Source: Phoronis australis
Lineage: Eukaryota; Animalia; Phoronida
Assembly (NCBI GenBank): GCA_002633005.1
Contig: NMRA01000156.1
Coordinates: 62,001-126,000, forward strand
Direction of reading: 5' to 3'
DNA: 64,000 nt
Both the position numbers and the translations under genes were made by a program. Below the pieces are notes generated by a model, which saw only the letters and a program-made list of their open reading frames with translations, made no database searches and had not been told where the DNA came from. Below are positions 47,601-64,000 of the stretch, one piece after another; positions within the stretch are counted from its first letter, which is position 1; each line of letters opens with the position of its first letter.

Positions 47601-48374
47601 TACTTGGTAGACCTGTCAATCATGAGCACGTGCTTGGTNGGGGGTAATGCGGCGTTGGAATCATGGACGCCCTGGAATATTGGGAACCCCATTTTGGACA
47701 CCCTATGTTCGAAATCCTAGATGAAGCCCTGGTTCACACTAGAGAAACCAGTACAATCTTGCAAAAATGTAGGGACATGAAAGTAAAAAATTGGGTCCTC
47801 CTTCAGAAATTTTGCATGTAACTGCACACCTCAAAAGCTCAAAAACTGCCGACTGACACCTGACCTGATGATCCAACTACAGAATGGTTTCTAAAACGAA
47901 CTAGCTTGCCCATCTTGCAGTACAGCCACCACACTTTTGTAACTATAGAGCCAAAAACTTGACAGTGTAGAAAGAAAGTTATATCAGATTAACAAAAAAA
48001 GAATTCCGAGTTTCTGAAGCTCAGTCAATGACAATGTCATTGTCATAAACATTAGCTCAATCAATCATTTCACTAGCGGCATTTTATCAACTCGAAAGAT
48101 CAGAGAGTGTAACAACCCTTTGATTTCATTGCCTCCGTGCCGCCAGTTCCTCGGGGACGTTTTCGGCACTCTACAACTTGCCTAAATCATCACGAATCAT
48201 GAACACGATCCCACCCGCAGGGGGGAAGCATATCGACAAAATGAAATGCTCGTGAGTCGCGAGATGAGAAACACAGAGAAATGCTTAGGGCGATCATTTT
48301 CACGGTTGACTCACCCATAAAAACGTACCCAGTTTCTTGCAAAGCTGTTGCAAGTCGTCTCGCTCGTCAGACAT
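39781..48374 (-). CDS. C2H2 zinc finger protein (10 fingers, ~1008 aa), whole spliced gene
   Basis: Exons 48329-48374, 46529-46633, 44690-45475, 43534-43587, 42872-42937, 42327-42411 and 39781-41665 join in frame (3027 nt); ten CxxC...HxxxH/HxxxxH fingers with TNERPH/TDVRPY-type linkers. Confidence 0.85.
42085..42320 (+). mobile_element. Older copy of the same HINE-like family
   Basis: gtcccattcat...aaatttcat...gttttggaga..degenerate GGAC repeats..gagatgatggcataatg, homologous to 27887-28098. Confidence 0.65.
42327..42411 (-). CDS. ZNF coding exon 6 (first half of finger 1)
   Basis: EKPWNLVKKLVAEALESSGLYCCPHCDF(T)|gtaagt; completes finger 1 together with TRSKTKLKSHTNSH in the next exon. Confidence 0.85.
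42872..42937 (-). CDS. ZNF coding exon 5
   Basis: (D)EDTTPYSGSIDESSVEKSDVA|gttagc, symmetric phase 1. Confidence 0.6.
43534..43587 (-). CDS. ZNF coding exon 4
   Basis: ttttacag|(S)GNTAPYNESVDKHLLDQ|gtaatg, symmetric phase 1. Confidence 0.55.
44690..45475 (-). CDS. ZNF coding exon 3 (K/S-rich, NLS-like)
   Basis: Inside the 279-aa ORF; tttcag acceptor, gtgag donor; contains RKRRK. Confidence 0.8.
46529..46633 (-). CDS. ZNF coding exon 2
   Basis: cag|(G)VVTSEDSHVNNTRSNEVYVPASESRQDYLAIHSA|gtaag, phase 1 to 1. Confidence 0.7.
46704..47109. mobile_element. MITE at a TTAA-like site (Kolobok-like ends)
   Basis: ttaa|ggttgcgcgtacctcta ... tagaagtgcacgtaacc|ttac imperfect TIR. Confidence 0.6.
47366..47731. 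mobile_element. hAT-type MITE
   Basis: TIR caggccttcat / atgaagccctg; exact 8-bp TSD GTTCACAC at 47358-47365 and 47732-47739; internal GGACGCCC subrepeats; one N inside. Confidence 0.88.
48329..48374 (-). CDS. ZNF coding exon 1
   Basis: MSDERDDLQQLCKKL G|gtacg. Confidence 0.65.
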
Positions 48375-49151
48375 ATTTGAACGCTGGAGGTAAATATTTT
48401 GCAAAATATTGTGGCTATTAAAATAAAACGTGCAAAACAAATGTCTCGTGTTTTCCGTGTAAATGCGAGAAGACAGTTTTCGCCACCTGTTGTATATTAT
48501 GGGAAGTATTTCAGTTTTCATTTTAACACTTTTTATCCTTTTATTTTCCAAAACTGACTCAATAAAATTTAGGAAAATTCGGTGAACAAGTTCTGTAGTC
48601 TACGTTTCACAAATAAACTGCGTGAAATAGACTGCGACGATCTTAATGTAAATATCATAGTTACACGTCTTAGTGACTAATCACGTGATCAAGCTTTCAC
48701 GTACAGGTTATTAATACGCTAACTTTTTGAAAATTAAAATTCGATTTCTCATGTAGTATACACAAAAACTAAAAATTTCAATCCAATAAAGTGAACATGT
48801 AAAGAGAAAATGTCATTTTAAACAAGAAAAATAGCACAAAACCAGGTGTTATTTTTTTATGCGTCGTCTCTTCTGTCTTAGAAAAGAAGTGCGGAGTTTT
48901 TCTGTTTGGGACAAGTTGTTTTACCGAAAATTTATGAAGATTGATTCGTTTTTTGTATTTAACTAGTGCTGCTTGGTAAAACAGTAAGTAACATCATATG
49001 CAACTCAAAAGACTTAATTATTAACCTACCGTATTTACCAGGTTACAGTTGAACTTGAGTGAAACCAGTATTCACCTTGGCATGTGACCCGGGCCAGGAC
49101 TGGCCTCTCTCGGTTCGACTATAATTATAAAGTAGACAGCCACATCAGTCA

Positions 49152-49484
49152 CAAGGTACCTAAACTACACGGTTAATGGACTTATAAACACGGCCATGGA
49201 CTCACAAACACGATCCATTCACCCAAATACACGGAACCCGGACTCACTTTCACGAAGAAACACGGTTAACGGACTGCCAAACAGTTTACGGACAAAATGT
49301 AGATGTCAGCTGACCCAGGAAGCCGATGAGTCCGTGACCCGTGTTTTTGGGTGAATGGATCGTGTTTTGTGAATCCGTTCCAGTGTTTGTGAGTCAATGG
49401 ACAGTGTTTGCAGGTCCGTGAGTCATGTTCCTGCGTCCGTGACCGTGTTCATGAGTCGGTTAACCGTTTAGTTTAGGTACCTTG
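49152..49484. mobile_element. Fold-back MITE, complete copy
   Basis: TIR caaggtacctaaactacacggttaa / ttaaccgtttagtttaggtaccttg; 5-bp direct repeat AGTCA on both sides; GTCCGTG-like subrepeats. Confidence 0.88.
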
Positions 49485-49984
49485 AGTCACCATTCCCGTG
49501 GCTGTTGTGTCATTTCGAGATCCGGTTTCTACTCGCAGGTTTGTGCTGAAGTCGTTGCGTATGGTGTAAACTCGATTGGGTTATGTACTCATCCGTAAGC
49601 CATAGCTCATTATCACTACATTTCCGTTGACTTCATACTACTATCAAAACTATGATAGGAGTTATATTTTTGAAATTAAATCATGGTGGTATTTTGCTTT
49701 AGAATTTCAGTGTAACATACTTATCATATACATAATGATCATAACTCATCTTCAGATTTTCTGTTTTTGTTCTAGAATCATCTCCTTGGATGGAGTTATC
49801 TCCAGCGTGTACCATAATCAATCAAGGTCCCAGTGGATACAATGACGTGATACACATGTCAATTTACATCACTTTGGTGACAGCTAACAAAATGTGATAT
49901 TGCCAGTGTTGTGTCAAAAGTACAAGACAAGTTCTTTGAATTCTACTCATTTACTCTACTTGTTATTTGCTCAATACCGAAACT

Positions 49985-61234
<11,250 letters not shown>

Positions 61235-64000
61235 CGAACGTAAGGCCTAATCTCCAGACACAACTGTGTGATAGAATGCATCGGCGAGACTTTAAATTTG
61301 GGTTACTGGTTTTGGATTTGGCACAAAGTCGAATGAGATTTTGAACTCGAGTCAAAATATTTTAATATGGACTCTGAAAAAAATTCCGGAGGAAGATATT
61401 TCGTTATGGATTCTGCACATTTTTGCATCTAGCATGTTTTTTAACAAGAAATGACATGAGGAGATTGTGGGTGCCAAGCTGTACTAAACTAATGGATCCA
61501 TGGTTTTTATCTCTGAATTCTCACTCAACTTGAGACTCAAAAGTTTATCTTATCCAAATTTTCGGTCAGCATGCATTCACTGTTACGATATTTGGATTCC
61601 AAAAACTTATTTTTTTGCATTATTCTTTCCGCTTAAGTTGACTGTTTACTTGAGTTGAGTAGAAAGACAGTATTAATTTTGAGTCCAAGATTGAGTCTGA
61701 GTTCGGAGGCGGAGTCTCGGACCCTGATTGCTGTTGTTTGATTGATTGATTGACAAGTGTGGGTGTGGGTGTTCAATATGTTGCACTTTTGTTTTGTTTG
61801 CAGTTCAAGATTGCACACTGTCTACTACTGAGCTTACGGTCACCTGCGGTGGTGTCATAGGTGTGTGTTGACCACTTGCTAACATTAATTTGAAATGTGT
61901 GAAACGTTCATTAGACTAATAATTACTGATTAGGTTTAAACAAGGAGATAACGATGGTGAAACGATGAAAATGAGTCAGAGACAGTAAATTTACAAGATG
62001 TACCATGAATCTTTTCTAAAACTCCGACTTGATTGGAGCACAATGCTAAAATGCATCTGTGTAAGGCATTATGCCGTCCAGTCATCGTTCAGTCATTTTT
62101 TTTGAAAAAGCAACTGATGTAAAATTTAAGACATTTGAGAAATCAAATTTAATTTAGCTTGTATTCATTATTTCATTCATTTTCTCCTATTGGTGAGTGT
62201 GTTAATTTTTTGAAGATCAAAGTTGTTCTTTGGTGCTTTTAATGTGTTTTATACATGTTTTAAAAATGTGTTTTTTTTTTCGATCGTCGTTTATTTTAAA
62301 ATCATTAATGTAGTATTCTGAGATATCCTGTAAGTTTTGTCTCTATTTACAGATTTATTGTTTTTTGTAATTGTATTTCACTACAATCAATTTTGGACAC
62401 CGGTTACTGAGAACTTGGGCAGCAGTGTCCCTCCAGAATGGCGATTGAACAGATGTTTTCTGATTTCTCTGAAGACAAACAAGACATAATAAAAAGTCTT
62501 TGAAATGAAAACCTTTTCATCCAAATACTGTATTGCTAAAAATATCACCAGCCATATCAATTACATGTTTAACACCACTAGTAAGAATGCGTCGTACATA
62601 AGATGTTTGGTGTCAAGTGCAAACTAAAGTTGCTTTCATGTCAGCTCACGTACACTGTAGGCTATCTACAGCACTTCAGTCAAAGTGTTATGGATGCTTC
62701 TCTGTCGTGATTTTCCAAAGGAAGCTTTAGATATTGTACAATACCTTTGACTGTGCCTTGAAGTGGCTGTGAACCCTGTTGGCCAAGTTCCCATATTGTT
62801 GATTGACACTGTTAAATCTTTTTTTAAACATTTATTGAAAAAAGCCACATTTAGTCACTGAATCACCCTGTTATCACAATCGCCTCCTAGAAACAAGACA
62901 AGGATTCTGAGATTTAGTTTTTGCTGTTACTTAATTAGTGCCGTGTTCCCGAGTGTGAGGCGTGACACGTTTCAACAGCTGACAACTGTTCTAGCGTGTT
63001 TGGCTTCTCAAGGCCATTGTGTTTCACAAGGTAATGACAAGTACTCGCAACTCAACAGTGATTAATTAACGTGTTGTCAGACACTAATAAGGACTGTTGC
63101 GATTCAATGATTTAGGAGTTGCTTTCTGAAGGAAAATTATTATAAGTTAACGTTAACTTTATTAGCCATCTTCAGGTTACTTTAATGTTTTCATGAGTTT
63201 ATGCACTAACAAGCTTTTTCCAAAATTTCAGTATTTATGACTTGAATGACGCGACCATACCAAATGTGTTCATACCAAGATTCGGCCGGAAACGCCAAGC
63301 TCCACTAGAGACGCTGCCAGACATACAAGAGACTAATGGCCAATAGTTGCTGTGACAGGAATGTTATGATACATTGTAAGGAAAAACGGACAAATTTATT
63401 ATTGCTCAACGTACACCATTTTGAATATAGTAAAGCTTTTTGTATTTATTTTGGCAGTGATATTATTTTGTGGACTGAAAAGTGTTTGTAGCTTTTTGCA
63501 GACTAGTTTCCTGTGTTCTATCTGCCCGCTTAAACACATAAAATTTTACGTTTTGTCACGAAACTGGAAAGACGTGTAAAGGAAATGAAGTACATTTATG
63601 GTTTTCAGTCGGTAAAGATGATGGAAGTGTTAGTATTAAAGAGAAAAGTGTGGTTTCTCTTCTTCATGCTGATTTAGTGGAATTTTATTTTGTCAAAATT
63701 CTCACCAAAAATAAATATTAAAGAAATTTTACACTGTCTGTTAATAGCTTGTTTTGTTGTGTAAAGTTGCCATGAACACCAAGGGAGAATCTGGTTATTT
63801 TTGCAAGGTGACCAGCATTTGAAAAGTAGAAAAATGGGAATTGTAGCAATTTTTTACGCAAAGTAATTAAATTACCGTAAATTTTTCACATTTTTTCCAA
63901 CTGGGAAAATGGAGCTTTTTAATGTTTTGTTGTTATTTAGTATTTTCCGTGTTTGTACTGTACAGTAGAACATGCACTGAAAGTGATATTTCTTGATCTT

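Noticed and set aside
27886-47639. Single N bases at 27886, 31930 and 47639
   Set aside because: These are assembly gaps or ambiguities rather than biology; distances and repeat structure across them may be unreliable.
39781-48374. Assigning the ZNF as CTCF, REST or a PRDM
   Set aside because: The finger sequences do not match what I recall of those proteins and no SET/PR, BTB or ZAD domain is visible, so no symbol is given.
49550-49575. RFX X-box upstream of PPP1R42
   Set aside because: gttgcgtatggtgtaaac is only a weak match with wrong spacing.

Overview
AT-rich, intron-rich animal (invertebrate, probably lophotrochozoan) genomic DNA; it is not prokaryotic, so most short ORFs in the supplied track are spurious. 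I reconstructed three spliced genes by hand, checking that reading phase is consistent across each splice junction. (1) RB1CC1/FIP200 (Atg11/Atg17-like autophagy scaffold), minus strand: ATG at 32524, 20 coding exons traced down to 8593 (about 1394 codons). The last Claw-domain exons were not found and probably lie left of the window. (2) A ~1008-aa protein with ten C2H2 zinc fingers, minus strand (48374 to 39781, 7 exons). (3) PPP1R42/LRRC67, plus strand (49985 to 61234, 7 exons, ~354 aa), head-to-head with the ZNF gene. Introns and intergenic DNA carry many MITEs, Helentron/HINE-like repeats and a Penelope-like GIY-YIG remnant with a decayed hammerhead. The two most striking observations are an array of 11 QT motifs with mostly exact 12-residue spacing (LC8/DYNLL-binding-like) inside the FIP200 coiled coil, and a small repeat made of a tRNA-like Pol III cassette between 53-bp inverted repeats that carry CTCF-like and E-box motifs.
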